Virus record (IMG/VR): IMGVR_UViG_3300025436_000002
Span: 106,201-170,200 of that record
Strand: one strand, 5' to 3'
DNA: 64,000 nt
Origin: a virus
A program made the translations under genes and the position numbers. Below the pieces are notes generated by a model that had not been told where the DNA came from, ran no database searches, and saw only the letters and a list, made by a program, of their open reading frames with translations. Shown one piece after another: positions 36,850-47,386 of the stretch. Numbering within the stretch: position 1 is the first letter of the stretch; each line of letters begins with the position of its first letter.

Positions 36850-37172
36850 GGGTATATTTTGATCCTACTATAAACTTAACATACTTAACGGGTGTAGATT
36901 CCTACGGACTCTTAAAAGCTGGAGTTGACTTAGAACTTAAAGAATATACTAATAAACTTCGTAACTACGTTAACACAGGTAGTTGGAAACTTGTAGATCA
37001 TACTTTTATCTCCGAGCGTGAAAGATCCAGATTTATTATTGTGAATAAGCACAATGTATTGTCGCATGCAGGTAGCCTTCCGGAAGTTGTATTTGGGGTA
37101 CTCTCTCACTATGAAGCTATAGATAAGAATCTATATTTTAAATTATCCATGATGACTGAGCTGTTAAAATAG
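36846..37172 (+). CDS. C-terminal-tag protein
   Basis: Ends YFKLSMMTELLK*. Confidence 0.8.
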   Translation: MRVYFDPTINLTYLTGVDSYGLLKAGVDLELKEYTNKLRNYVNTGSWKLVDHTFISERERSRFIIVNKHNVLSHAGSLPEVVFGVLSHYEAIDKNLYFKLSMMTELLK

Positions 37173-37178
37173 AATAAT

Positions 37179-37189
37179 TTTATATTTTA
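37179..37189 (+). promoter_or_regulatory. Putative late promoter TTTATATTHTA
   Basis: TTTATATTTTA 39 nt before 37218. Confidence 0.7.
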
Positions 37190-37217
37190 ATTAGAGATTA
37201 TTATATAGGAGTTTTCT

Positions 37218-39743
37218 ATGCCTTTAGGTAATATAAAAAGATTTTTAAATAAAATTGGTAATATAAACGAAGTTCTTCCAAAAAAAGAAATGGCTCCGAT
37301 ACTTAAAAGTATCAAACTTGGTACTGAACTTGAAGTAATCCATGAAGGTGAAGAGCTTACTATAGAAGATTGGGTTGGTACTTTTCAGAATATGGAAGCT
37401 GGTGAGTCTGAATCTGTCGATAAGTATTCTGACATGAAAGATTATATGGAGCAAACCTATAATATATATAATTCCAGTAGGGTGGCTTCTAGGGCTAATG
37501 ATGAATGGGTTGTTCTAAAAGATTTTGGAAGTGAGCATGTTCATAGGAATGATGTAGTGTCATCATGGTACATTAGCCTTAATATAGAAGAGGGTAGGGG
37601 GAATCAATCTACAAGTAGTAGTATGAAACTGTATAACGATAAAACTAACTCTCTATATAAACTTAGAGATGGCTGGGCTAAAGTATTTGAAGACCCTAAA
37701 AATGAACACACTCTTTTAAGTCTTAACGATGTCATACACATGGAACATGGGGACCTTGATAAGATACTTGACTGGATAGAAGAGAATGTTACTAGCAAGT
37801 TCGATGAATTAGAGTATGATACTGTATTTGAAGAAGTGACTCTAGACGATGTACAAGATTACGAAAGTGAAGATGACGACGAATATCCAGAAGCTGACGA
37901 AGATATTGAAGATTTTCTCAGATATCTCGAAAATAATGGAGGAGTTAATGTCTCAGGTAGCTATCATGGTGCGGTATCTTCAAGTGGTTGGAGAATTGAA
38001 CCTGACAGTTCGTTGGGACATTATGGTATTGAAGTTATATCCCCACCCATGGAATATAAAAAGTTTATTCAGTTAGTTCCTAAGGTAATAGAAAGACTTA
38101 AAGATTTAGGATACGGAGCAACCTCTCTCTGCGGTTATCATATAGGTGTATCTTCTGACGAATTTAACATTTCTGAAGTTATAAGAGATAACTTCTATCA
38201 TTTCAGACATGAGGGTTGGAGTTCCTTAGTATCCGCTGTACTTGCAATGGGTCAAGAGTCTAAAGGTCTATTCTCTAAGGGAGATCCTAATAGATCAACT
38301 GGAAACTGGTCTGAAGATATCATGTCTCACTTACGAGGTGTTCACAAAGAGAGTACAACTGTTGACGATATTCTATATACAGATAAAATTAACATGAAGG
38401 ATTACATTAATAGTGTATTCTCTAAGAGTAGCCCTACTCATGCTAAAAACGTATCTTTAAGAAAAGATTATGTAGAGCTACGCTCTCTCGGAGGAACTAG
38501 TGGTTTTGAGTCCTTAAGCTCTTTATCCTCTCTTAAAGATATTGTCAACATAGCTATATCCCAGTTATTCCAAAAACCTAAAGATTATTCTAAGAGAGAG
38601 GTTTTAAAAATAATGAGACCTTACCTAGATAAACTTCTAGGTGAAGACGAGGAGGATGCTAAAGTAGAAAGTATGCTAGAGCTACTCAAACAACCTGATC
38701 CTTGGGAAAATAGAAAGATAATAAAACTTTGTAAGAAATACCCTAAAAAATATCTACAACCCGTCTTCAATTACATAAGAAAGAACTTTCAAGCTTCTAA
38801 TGTCATGAGCTTCCTATACTGGGTAACAAATAGATGGGATAATATAGATGACTACGAAGATGAGAGAGTTATAAAAAACTTCTTACAAGACAAGCTGGAA
38901 TTTATCATGAGTAATGTATCCTCAGATACTCCTAAAGCTAACTTATCCATTTTTAACTTCCTAACGTCAAATCTAGTAGTTAGTGGTAAAATTGAATCTC
39001 AGATATTGGAAAATCTAGTATCTTACATAGAAACTGCCAGAAATTCATGGGATGTGGCAGACGCCTGTGTGGTATTAAGAAACCTACCTATTATGTACAA
39101 ACCTGAAGGAGATAAAATATTTTCAGACCTAGTGGGTGATTATAGTTTCCCAATAAAAGCTAAGTTATACCTCATATCTTCTGATGAACATGGAAGACTT
39201 GAGAAATTAGGAGAAGGTCGAGCGAGTGTATTACTTGCAGAGATGCGACGTAACCTAGAACAAATTCATGCTACCTCCGTGTTTGATTACCCTAGAGATA
39301 CTAAAGCCATCTTACAAAGACTGCTATCCAATTTTGATAGTTGGAATACTGATATCTTATCAGATATATTGGTACTATCTGAAGAGTTTAATTTACAAGA
39401 TAGTATAGTTTCCCTAGTAGATAGCTTACCTAACTTAGAAAATGCCTTATCCAAACTAATGGACATTGACCAATCTAACAAGGAGAGAATTTTTGCTGTA
39501 TTTTTCAAACACTACTATGGAGGAGCTAATCAAGATATCATAGAAAAATATAAAGATATATTCCATACTGATCTTTATAAAGATGCAATCAAGAATCCGA
39601 GGGAAGTTGCTAGTATGGGACCTTTGCAGGTAGGGGATATGACTAACTACGGAAAGATTAAAGATATGTATGGGACTGGGAATTCAGTATCTTATTTAAT
39701 AGACGGTCAAATATATCATCATTCTAAAGTCCAAAGAATATGA
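37218..39743 (+). CDS. Putative amidoligase paralogue 2
   Basis: LGTELE, WRIEPDSSL..GIEVISPP, CGYHIGVS, YVELRSLGG; leader MPLGNIKRFLNKIGNINE. Confidence 0.8.
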   Translation: MPLGNIKRFLNKIGNINEVLPKKEMAPILKSIKLGTELEVIHEGEELTIEDWVGTFQNMEAGESESVDKYSDMKDYMEQTYNIYNSSRVASRANDEWVVLKDFGSEHVHRNDVVSSWYISLNIEEGRGNQSTSSSMKLYNDKTNSLYKLRDGWAKVFEDPKNEHTLLSLNDVIHMEHGDLDKILDWIEENVTSKFDELEYDTVFEEVTLDDVQDYESEDDDEYPEADEDIEDFLRYLENNGGVNVSGSYHGAVSSSGWRIEPDSSLGHYGIEVISPPMEYKKFIQLVPKVIERLKDLGYGATSLCGYHIGVSSDEFNISEVIRDNFYHFRHEGWSSLVSAVLAMGQESKGLFSKGDPNRSTGNWSEDIMSHLRGVHKESTTVDDILYTDKINMKDYINSVFSKSSPTHAKNVSLRKDYVELRSLGGTSGFESLSSLSSLKDIVNIAISQLFQKPKDYSKREVLKIMRPYLDKLLGEDEEDAKVESMLELLKQPDPWENRKIIKLCKKYPKKYLQPVFNYIRKNFQASNVMSFLYWVTNRWDNIDDYEDERVIKNFLQDKLEFIMSNVSSDTPKANLSIFNFLTSNLVVSGKIESQILENLVSYIETARNSWDVADACVVLRNLPIMYKPEGDKIFSDLVGDYSFPIKAKLYLISSDEHGRLEKLGEGRASVLLAEMRRNLEQIHATSVFDYPRDTKAILQRLLSNFDSWNTDILSDILVLSEEFNLQDSIVSLVDSLPNLENALSKLMDIDQSNKERIFAVFFKHYYGGANQDIIEKYKDIFHTDLYKDAIKNPREVASMGPLQVGDMTNYGKIKDMYGTGNSVSYLIDGQIYHHSKVQRI

Positions 39744-39752
39744 TACTAGCTA

Positions 39753-39799
39753 TTGACAAATAATAAAACTCATGCTAAACTAAGGGCATGAGTTTTATT
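39753..39799 (+). promoter_or_regulatory. sigma70-like promoter with -10 in hairpin loop
   Basis: TTGACA-N17-TAAACT; 14-bp perfect IR aataaaactcatgc/gcatgagttttatt. Confidence 0.65.
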
Positions 39800-39962
39800 T
39801 ATAGAAAAGGGTATTCATGATTATACTTAACAAACCTAACATTTGGGGATTCATCTGGGATTTAAGCGAGACACTTCATATAGGACTGGGAAAACATGCC
39901 CCTTACGTTTTTCATAAGATGATGGGGATTGAAGAGAGCCAAATTAAGAAAGTAGATGAGTA

Positions 39963-40286
39963 ATGGACGATAGACTGAAAGATGGAGTTATCCTCGTGTA
40001 TAAGTCCGAGTACGCTAGGAGCTATGTACCTAAGGAAGTATTTGATAAATATAAAGGCATGCCTTTTGTTGTAAAAGAAATAGATAACATATTCTATCTT
40101 TATTGGAAAGATCACAAAGTAAAAACTAAATTAGATTTTAATGATCCTATTACAAAGTCTACTTATTCTAAGGATAGGTACAAGGTTATCGGAAATATAG
40201 GAATGCCTCGTAAGAAATATAGAGAACTCTCAGGGTATAATTTGGTTAACAGTTTGGAAGATTTCAATAATCATACTGGAGTTTAG
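39963..40286 (+). CDS. Hypothetical protein
   Basis: Clean ORF. Confidence 0.65.
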   Translation: MDDRLKDGVILVYKSEYARSYVPKEVFDKYKGMPFVVKEIDNIFYLYWKDHKVKTKLDFNDPITKSTYSKDRYKVIGNIGMPRKKYRELSGYNLVNSLEDFNNHTGV

Positions 40287-40299
40287 TTAAAATAGCCCT

Positions 40300-40310
40300 T
40301 TTATATTATA
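40300..40310 (+). promoter_or_regulatory. Putative late promoter TTTATATTHTA
   Basis: TTTATATTATA 32 nt before patatin. Confidence 0.7.
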
Positions 40311-40331
40311 AATAATGTAGGAGGGATTTTT

Positions 40332-41255
40332 ATGGAAACTAAAAAAAATATTAGAATTTTAAGTTTAGACGGAGGAGGATGCAGAGGTTTGTTATCAGCT
40401 GTTCTTCTCAAAGAGATAGAGACTAGGACAGGCAAACCTATCTCTGAACTATTCGATTTTTTCATTGGAAGCTCTACTGGAGCTATTATGTCCCTACTTA
40501 TAAATAAACATGATAATAATATACCTACTTATACTATGACAGATATTGTGGAGTTCTATACAGGATGCAGTTGTAAAACAATATTCAAAAAGAAATTCTT
40601 CAAGATGCCCTTAAATGCTGTTAGGTATCCTAGTTCTCAGATAGAGGGAGTTCTTAAAGGGTCCCTAGGTGATTCTAAAATGAAAGACTCTTTGAATCCA
40701 GTAGTGGTTACAACCTATGATACTGTGTCAAGAAACTCATTATTCCTAAATTCAGAGGATACAAAATATAATAATTTGGGTATGTGGGAATGTGCTAGAG
40801 CTTCCTCAGCAGCCCCCACTTTCTTTGAACCTTTTTCTATGGGAGATATCTGTGCTGTAGATGGGGGAGTTGTTGCAAATAATCCCGCACTTTTCGGGTA
40901 CATTGAAGCTAAGAAACTATTTCCAGACTCGGATGTTACGGTCGTGTCTTTAGGTACTGGATCCAGTGTCTCTTCTCTAAGTAAGAAAGATATGGATAAG
41001 TTTAATCTACTAACATGGGCATCTAATATTTTTGATTTTACATCGGATGCTCAATCCGATACAGTTTCATATGCTATGGGTAAACTACATGATGTATCAG
41101 ATTATTATAGATTTCAAGTTAAGTTAAATACCAAGGATGCTTCAATAGATGATACTTCGAATGCAAACTTAAATAACTTAATTAGGATAGCTAGGACTGC
41201 TATTATAACAGAATGGGCTACTGAACTTGATAGACTCATTGTATCTTTAACTTAA
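40332..41255 (+). CDS. Patatin-like phospholipase
   Basis: LSLDGGGCRG, GSSTG nucleophile elbow, ASSAAPTFF, DGGVVANNP. Confidence 0.93.
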   Translation: METKKNIRILSLDGGGCRGLLSAVLLKEIETRTGKPISELFDFFIGSSTGAIMSLLINKHDNNIPTYTMTDIVEFYTGCSCKTIFKKKFFKMPLNAVRYPSSQIEGVLKGSLGDSKMKDSLNPVVVTTYDTVSRNSLFLNSEDTKYNNLGMWECARASSAAPTFFEPFSMGDICAVDGGVVANNPALFGYIEAKKLFPDSDVTVVSLGTGSSVSSLSKKDMDKFNLLTWASNIFDFTSDAQSDTVSYAMGKLHDVSDYYRFQVKLNTKDASIDDTSNANLNNLIRIARTAIITEWATELDRLIVSLT

Positions 41256-41330
41256 CAATACTAAACTAAACACTAGACTTAATAATCTCTATGTGTTATA
41301 TTAATAGAATAATACGTAAAGGAGATAAAC

Positions 41331-41708
41331 ATGGGAACTTTTAAAAAGAATAGAAGAATAACTGATCCTACAAGCATGGAAGATTTCTTAACCGAATGTG
41401 CCTTAAAAGGTCTTACTAATACAGAGATTGAGAACGAACTACAAATAATACTGGATAGTGATAGGCAAGGTCATGCTAATAGGTATACTCCAGAGAATAT
41501 GTCAGATCTTGTAAAACATCTTCCTAAAAAGTTAGAAGGAGTTTTAGATAAATTTAAGAGCATAAGTTCTTCTGGAAATGCAAGAGGCATGGAACATGAA
41601 GTCGATAGATACAGGTCTGGATTCTTTTCTGCATTCATGAACTTGAATTCATTCTTAGATAGCCTGTTAAAAAGTGTTGAAGAGGAGGGGTTGGGTTTAA
41701 ACGGATAA
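41331..41708 (+). CDS. Hypothetical protein
   Basis: AAGGAG RBS. Confidence 0.7.
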   Translation: MGTFKKNRRITDPTSMEDFLTECALKGLTNTEIENELQIILDSDRQGHANRYTPENMSDLVKHLPKKLEGVLDKFKSISSSGNARGMEHEVDRYRSGFFSAFMNLNSFLDSLLKSVEEEGLGLNG

Positions 41709-42019
41709 TGGCTAATAAAGAATTACTTGAATATTTATTTAGTACCGAAGACGGGGCTGCTCTGATAGCTAAATCTCTTGAAGATTACGAAGAGGAAACT
41801 ATTAATCTTGTAGATGCATCTAAAAATATGATATCATCAATAGCTTACGATTCATTTACGAATAGCTACAAGGGATTACTAGATGCAGATACTGGAATGT
41901 CTAGTCAAGATCTTTGTAAGTTGGCGATTGAGTCTGCTTGTACTACATTTATGATATACGGTTTCATAGTAAAAGAACAACTTACTAGATTAGAGTTAGA
42001 GAAATTAATGAATGCGTAA
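41708..42019 (+). CDS. Hypothetical protein
   Basis: Coupled ORF. Confidence 0.7.
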   Translation: MANKELLEYLFSTEDGAALIAKSLEDYEEETINLVDASKNMISSIAYDSFTNSYKGLLDADTGMSSQDLCKLAIESACTTFMIYGFIVKEQLTRLELEKLMNA

Positions 42020-42028
42020 GGAGATATT

Positions 42029-42439
42029 ATGGGCATGTTTATACCAGAAGTTGAGGGTAAATTAAAAGTATTCAAATATCTACAAGATATTGTTAAATTT
42101 AATGAGGACGTGAAATTTTCTCAGATAGCCACTTCGGATGAGATGGATTTTTACGGTATGAGTAAGATTAAAAGTTCTGCCACTCTTATGATGTTTGTAA
42201 GAAGTCCTGATGTTAAATACAACCATGAAATATCGGTTTCTTTAGAAACTAATATGGAGAGTGAGATAAATAAGTTCCTTCATGAAGTCTTTAAAAAGGT
42301 AGGTAATATTGAAAGTATAGATTTTGAACTCATGCAATCCTTGTATAAGAAAGCTAAACTAGATTATAAGAAGTTCGAGAAAGGGAAGTTTAATAAAGAT
42401 TACAAGAAGGCTTTAATGGCTAAAGAATTATCTAAATAG
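42029..42439 (+). CDS. C-terminal-tag protein with unrelated body
   Basis: Ends YKKALMAKELSK*. Confidence 0.8.
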   Translation: MGMFIPEVEGKLKVFKYLQDIVKFNEDVKFSQIATSDEMDFYGMSKIKSSATLMMFVRSPDVKYNHEISVSLETNMESEINKFLHEVFKKVGNIESIDFELMQSLYKKAKLDYKKFEKGKFNKDYKKALMAKELSK

Positions 42440-42447
42440 GAGAAGAC

Positions 42448-43008
42448 ATGCTTAATTTTTTTAAGAGAATGGCTAGTGCTAGACTGACAAGGAGGCTTGA
42501 GATAGCTTTAGGAGAACTAAAGGAGTTTAATATGATACATGACACTTTTATTTGGGACGTTATTTGTTTCTTTAGGAAGCAGGGTAGGTTTATAGTTAGA
42601 ATGTTCCAGTGGATTCCTATACTTTATAATGATGAAGATTGGGACTTCAATTACTTTCTTTATATAGTTAGATTCAAATTAACTAAGATTAAAAAATGTC
42701 TTTCTGAAGACGACATGCATGTAAATGCCAATAGGAGAGCTAGGGAAGTTGGGGTAGTTATAGCACATCTGGATAGGTATTTTGATATTGGAAAATACAC
42801 TATTGACGTAGACACAGATGAGTACTTAAATAATAGTTCTTGGTTAAGTACTGAGAGATTAGACGGTAGTGTTCGACACTCCTACAAAGATAGTCAGATG
42901 GCTAAGAGACATCGAAGGATTCATGATAGACAAAACTACTTAACAGAGTTCCATTTCTCAGAAGCTATGAGAAAGTTAAAATTATACGGACGGGCATGGT
43001 GGGTATGA
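42448..43008 (+). CDS. Conserved phage hypothetical protein
   Basis: W.P.LY.D.DWDF.Y...FKL motif; ends WWV. Confidence 0.7.
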   Translation: MLNFFKRMASARLTRRLEIALGELKEFNMIHDTFIWDVICFFRKQGRFIVRMFQWIPILYNDEDWDFNYFLYIVRFKLTKIKKCLSEDDMHVNANRRAREVGVVIAHLDRYFDIGKYTIDVDTDEYLNNSSWLSTERLDGSVRHSYKDSQMAKRHRRIHDRQNYLTEFHFSEAMRKLKLYGRAWWV

Positions 43009-43047
43009 CGACTTAATATATAATAATCCTATTTAGAAGTTAACTAG

Positions 43048-43058
43048 TTTATATTTTA
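43048..43058 (+). promoter_or_regulatory. Putative late promoter TTTATATTHTA
   Basis: TTTATATTTTA 42 nt before 43090. Confidence 0.7.
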
Positions 43059-43089
43059 AATAGGATTTAACATTTATTGGGAAAAATAT

Positions 43090-45633
43090 ATGATTAATAA
43101 AATTAAAAATATACTAAATGAGTTAGCTCATCGTAACTCTATAAACGAGATACTTCCTAAAAAACAACTTGATAAAATACTTCCTAATCTTATACTAGGT
43201 ATTGAGATAGAAGTAATACATGAGAGTGGGGAGAATGTTTGGGAAGCTGAGGACTCGAACACAGTATCTAGAAGGATTCAGAGATATCAAAATGACATTG
43301 GAGAGTACAAATCAGATATCAAGGATCTAGAACGTACTGCAACTCCCATTGGAGCTGAACTCTATGAGGAGGACAGTGAAGTTTGGATGGATGCTATCTT
43401 AACTAAGCAGGATACACTCATAGATGAAATTGCATACAACGAGAGGAAGATAGACGAGACCCGAGCTGACACTTCAAAACTTCAAAGAGAGATTGCTATG
43501 CAAGGAACTCCTATCACCCCAGATGAAATAAAAACTAGAAAATGGTATATGTCTCGTATAGAGTATCTCGATAAATTTATTGATGGTTTAGAGAATGAAA
43601 TATATGTTAAGAAACAAGATTATAAACGCCTAGATGCTGACTACACTGTTGTTCAGAATATTAAACGTCTGGAGAAAAAAATAGCTGAATATACTCAAAA
43701 GATTAAAGATATTGAAACTGAGGAAGAGTCTGATAATTCTATTGAAAGTCTAGTAAAGAACTCTAGCATTGCCTCTATACTTGATGAGTCCAGTCCTATC
43801 GGATGGGAAATATTTCATGGGTACCATCATGGTAGAGACTTTAGAGGTTGGAGGATTGAACCTGACGGTTCTCTAGGTAATTCGGGTGTTGAATTTATCT
43901 CTCCTAAGATGCCTTATGGAGATTTCATAGAGTATATTCCAAAAGTAGCTACTGCCTTAAACGATAACGGATTTCTTGCTGAGGATGGGAGAACTGGACT
44001 ACACATAGGAGTCTCATCTAAGAAACTACATATAGTTCGTAAGATAGAAGATGATTTTGCTTTTTATAGGGGAAAAGGTCTTTCTCAACTTATGGCTTTA
44101 CTCTTAACGACTCAGAAAGAGCAGAGAGGACTCTTTGTAAAAGGAGAGCCTAGTAGAGAGTCTTCTGGATATTCTAAATCCATTACAGATATTATTGGTA
44201 AAGCATTAGGTCATTTGACTCCAGAAGATGATTATACCCTAGAAGACTTAATATATACAGATAAGTTTGAATCCAATAAATCTTTGAGTAGTCTTAAAGA
44301 GAGTGTCTCAGGTTTCGTTCGTGAAATGTTCAATAAGTCTCACTATACTAATGTGTCTATTCGAGATGAGTATGTTGAAGTTAGATCACTTGGAGGCGTT
44401 AATGGGTATCTAGCAATTCAAAGTGAGTCTTCCCTCAGAGAGATAATAGCCATGATTACTACTCAACTATTTTCTGAGGCTGAGATGCCGTCAACTAAAG
44501 AACTTGTAAGTATAGTTCGTTCTTTTCTACCTAAGAGCAGTCGAGGTAATAAAGATAGTCTTTCTCAGGAGTTTAATTTCTTAAAAGCAAACTCAGACAG
44601 TGACGGATCCAACACTGTCTCTGAAATACTTAAAATATTTAAAAACAAGAGTCCTAATCTATTAGTAAAACTCCTCAATAAGATAAAATTAGGGGATGGG
44701 ATCGTTACAGCTCTCTTTGAGTATAATAAATTTGGTACTCTGCTAGAATCTCCAGAATTTGTAGATCATCTTTTAGAGTATCCAAAAAACTATAATCGTA
44801 CTCAAGCATTCCCTTGGAGCAAACTCGATATGGATAATTTTGTCGCTTTAATGAAGAATAATAAGATATTCGGAGAAATCTATCCTAAAGATCAAGAGTA
44901 TTTAATAACTAGGTTACTAGGTAGTACTTATTTTTTGGGAGAACTGGGAGATAATCCTAACCTTACTCAATACATTTCTAATACCAAGAATGGAGATAGA
45001 CTTAATAATATAATTGTCAAGCTGGGAGGATTTGGAAATAGTAAGCTATATGAAGTAAAAGATATATATGACGTACTACCTAAAAGTAGTAAAATTAATG
45101 TACTAGGCGATTTATTCTTTAGTCGTCAATATAATTCTGAGATTAAAAATGACAGTGAGGCTATGGACATTATTTTAGACCCATCCAACGAGAGGTCTAT
45201 CCTTATGAAAATAAATAGATCCGCAACCTTTGAAGTTGTGGAAGCTGCTAAAGATGTTGATATTTTATTCAAATTTTCTGACGAGGTAAAAGATAGAATA
45301 CTTCTTAAAGTGTGGGAAGGTCTAGCAGTCGAGTCAGTGCCTCCCGTATTTATAGAAAATTTAGATAGTAAAATAAAAGATTATCTTTTAAGAAATAAAA
45401 GTGACTTCTTTGAAGGAAAACCTGTATATCTATCTAGGCTAGTAAGTTATGGAGAACTTACAGACTATCAACTTAAAAAGGTTCTAGATACTATAGATAG
45501 GTATGAAACCTCTGAGAATATATACTTAGTTCCAAGCTTAAAGAGGGCTTTGAAAAAAGTACTCAATGAAGTTGGAGATTTAAGTGGAAGTAACATTCGT
45601 AAAATAAAAGCTTTGTTAGATATGGAGGTATAG
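43090..45633 (+). CDS. Putative amidoligase paralogue 3
   Basis: LGIEIE, WRIEPDGSL..GVEFISP, TGLHIGVS, YVEVRSLGG; coiled-coil insert; leader MINKIKNILNE..SINE. Confidence 0.8.
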   Translation: MINKIKNILNELAHRNSINEILPKKQLDKILPNLILGIEIEVIHESGENVWEAEDSNTVSRRIQRYQNDIGEYKSDIKDLERTATPIGAELYEEDSEVWMDAILTKQDTLIDEIAYNERKIDETRADTSKLQREIAMQGTPITPDEIKTRKWYMSRIEYLDKFIDGLENEIYVKKQDYKRLDADYTVVQNIKRLEKKIAEYTQKIKDIETEEESDNSIESLVKNSSIASILDESSPIGWEIFHGYHHGRDFRGWRIEPDGSLGNSGVEFISPKMPYGDFIEYIPKVATALNDNGFLAEDGRTGLHIGVSSKKLHIVRKIEDDFAFYRGKGLSQLMALLLTTQKEQRGLFVKGEPSRESSGYSKSITDIIGKALGHLTPEDDYTLEDLIYTDKFESNKSLSSLKESVSGFVREMFNKSHYTNVSIRDEYVEVRSLGGVNGYLAIQSESSLREIIAMITTQLFSEAEMPSTKELVSIVRSFLPKSSRGNKDSLSQEFNFLKANSDSDGSNTVSEILKIFKNKSPNLLVKLLNKIKLGDGIVTALFEYNKFGTLLESPEFVDHLLEYPKNYNRTQAFPWSKLDMDNFVALMKNNKIFGEIYPKDQEYLITRLLGSTYFLGELGDNPNLTQYISNTKNGDRLNNIIVKLGGFGNSKLYEVKDIYDVLPKSSKINVLGDLFFSRQYNSEIKNDSEAMDIILDPSNERSILMKINRSATFEVVEAAKDVDILFKFSDEVKDRILLKVWEGLAVESVPPVFIENLDSKIKDYLLRNKSDFFEGKPVYLSRLVSYGELTDYQLKKVLDTIDRYETSENIYLVPSLKRALKKVLNEVGDLSGSNIRKIKALLDMEV

Positions 45634-45636
45634 AGA

Positions 45637-47385
45637 ATGAGTTTAGAAAATATTAGACAACTTAGTAAAGGACTTTTAAATGAAGGTCTTAATAGAAATG
45701 TATATCAAAAGATTATTAAAGATATCGAACTAGGTATTGAGCTTGAGGTTATTTATAATGGGGATAACATTTATAGACATGGCGGAGACTCTGATGAGCA
45801 AGATGCTGTGATAGATTTCAGTTCTGACCTGTCTTACTTCAAAGGTCAACTTAAAGCTTTTGAGGAGATAGCTGATTTCTTCTATGACATGTTAAAGCCA
45901 GATACTTTTAAATATCTGAGATCTAAGGGCGAGAAGTATGTCCCACATATTACAGAGTTTAGTTCAAATTTTGAAGGTTCTTTATATCGTCTTAAGAATG
46001 ACGTTGAATCTGAGCTTGACGAACGTATACAAGAGTGTGAAGACATCTATGATACATATGAAAGATATATACCAGAGATTGAAGATATGCCCAACAAATA
46101 TTTTCTTGAATATACTGAAGTGCCTTATGGTGAAGGACATGGAAACTTTACCTATCCAGAGGATGCGGAAGTTACTTATGAAAAAGAGATAACTGAGGCT
46201 AAGGGTAAGTTGTTAGATGTACTGGGAGATCGTCTTATTGAATTATATAATCAAAAATATGAACTAGACCCTGCTAAAAAGAATACTCTTCATGCTGTCG
46301 AATTAACTATAGATGACTATTCTGGAGGAGGTAGTGAGGTAGGTAGTGAGGTAGGTAGTGAAGGAGGTGTTGATCCTGATGACGTAAGACGTTATCTTGA
46401 AGATACTACTGCTGGAGAACTCATGACTGAATTTGAGGTTGAAGGTTTAGGTCAATGGAGTTATGAAACAGATAGTTCCCTTAATGAGGGAGGGGTTGAA
46501 TTGGTATCCCCTGTTGTAGGTTTTGATGATTTCGTAAATTTAATACCTCAACTCTGTAATGCTCTGAATGCAGAATCTTTTGAATCTGATGAATCTTGTG
46601 GTTATCATATAGGCTTGTCTAGTTACAACTTTAATATCCAAGATATGATTAAACAGATTATGGATTACTATAAAGCTAAAGGTTATAACTTATTAACTTC
46701 TTACATAATAGCTACTCAACAAGGGTATAAAGCTACTTATAGACATAATGATAAGTATAGTAGGGACGAAACTACTTCCTATGCAGAATCATTGATGAGT
46801 TGGGTAGGTGGCCATCGTCTAAGAAGTAAGAGTTTTGATGAGATACTACACTCTAATGAATTTGATACAGAAGTGCTTAAATTTATGAACAGTAAGTATT
46901 CAAATACAAACTTATTGCATAAAAACTATGTAGAACTTAGGGTTCTGGGGGGCGGAAAAGGTTTTAGAGTTCTTAGAAATGAAAGTATGCTAAGAAAATA
47001 CCTATATGATGCTATCTCACAAGTTTATGGAGGTATTGATTTTGATTCCGAAGGTAAAGTTATTGTCAAAGAAGTGTCTGCTAAAGAAATAGTTAAGCTA
47101 GTTGACTTTTATGTTAGGGGTATTAATTATAAAGGAGCTCCTTCTAGTAATCCTACTTCTCAAAGTCACTTGGATAAGTCTAAAGAATATAAAGAGAAGA
47201 GAAAGACTGCTCAATGGAATAAGGGAGTTGAAAAAGCTAAAGAATCTACCCCTATAAAAGTTGGAGATATAACTAATCTAGGAAAAGTCACGGAGATTCT
47301 TAAAGGTGGAGAACAGTACGTAATCAATGGTGTAATACATAGTGCACGTAATGTACGTAGTTTAGAAGACGAGGTTCCATTTTAG
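45637..47385 (+). CDS. Putative amidoligase paralogue 4
   Basis: LGIELE, TDSSL..GVELVSP, CGYHIGLS, YVELRVLGG; leader MSLENIRQLSKGLLNE. Confidence 0.8.
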   Translation: MSLENIRQLSKGLLNEGLNRNVYQKIIKDIELGIELEVIYNGDNIYRHGGDSDEQDAVIDFSSDLSYFKGQLKAFEEIADFFYDMLKPDTFKYLRSKGEKYVPHITEFSSNFEGSLYRLKNDVESELDERIQECEDIYDTYERYIPEIEDMPNKYFLEYTEVPYGEGHGNFTYPEDAEVTYEKEITEAKGKLLDVLGDRLIELYNQKYELDPAKKNTLHAVELTIDDYSGGGSEVGSEVGSEGGVDPDDVRRYLEDTTAGELMTEFEVEGLGQWSYETDSSLNEGGVELVSPVVGFDDFVNLIPQLCNALNAESFESDESCGYHIGLSSYNFNIQDMIKQIMDYYKAKGYNLLTSYIIATQQGYKATYRHNDKYSRDETTSYAESLMSWVGGHRLRSKSFDEILHSNEFDTEVLKFMNSKYSNTNLLHKNYVELRVLGGGKGFRVLRNESMLRKYLYDAISQVYGGIDFDSEGKVIVKEVSAKEIVKLVDFYVRGINYKGAPSSNPTSQSHLDKSKEYKEKRKTAQWNKGVEKAKESTPIKVGDITNLGKVTEILKGGEQYVINGVIHSARNVRSLEDEVPF

Positions 47386-47386
47386 A

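Noticed and set aside
46330-46362. 12-bp GSEV tandem repeat in amidoligase 4
   Set aside because: Short linker slippage with no evident function.
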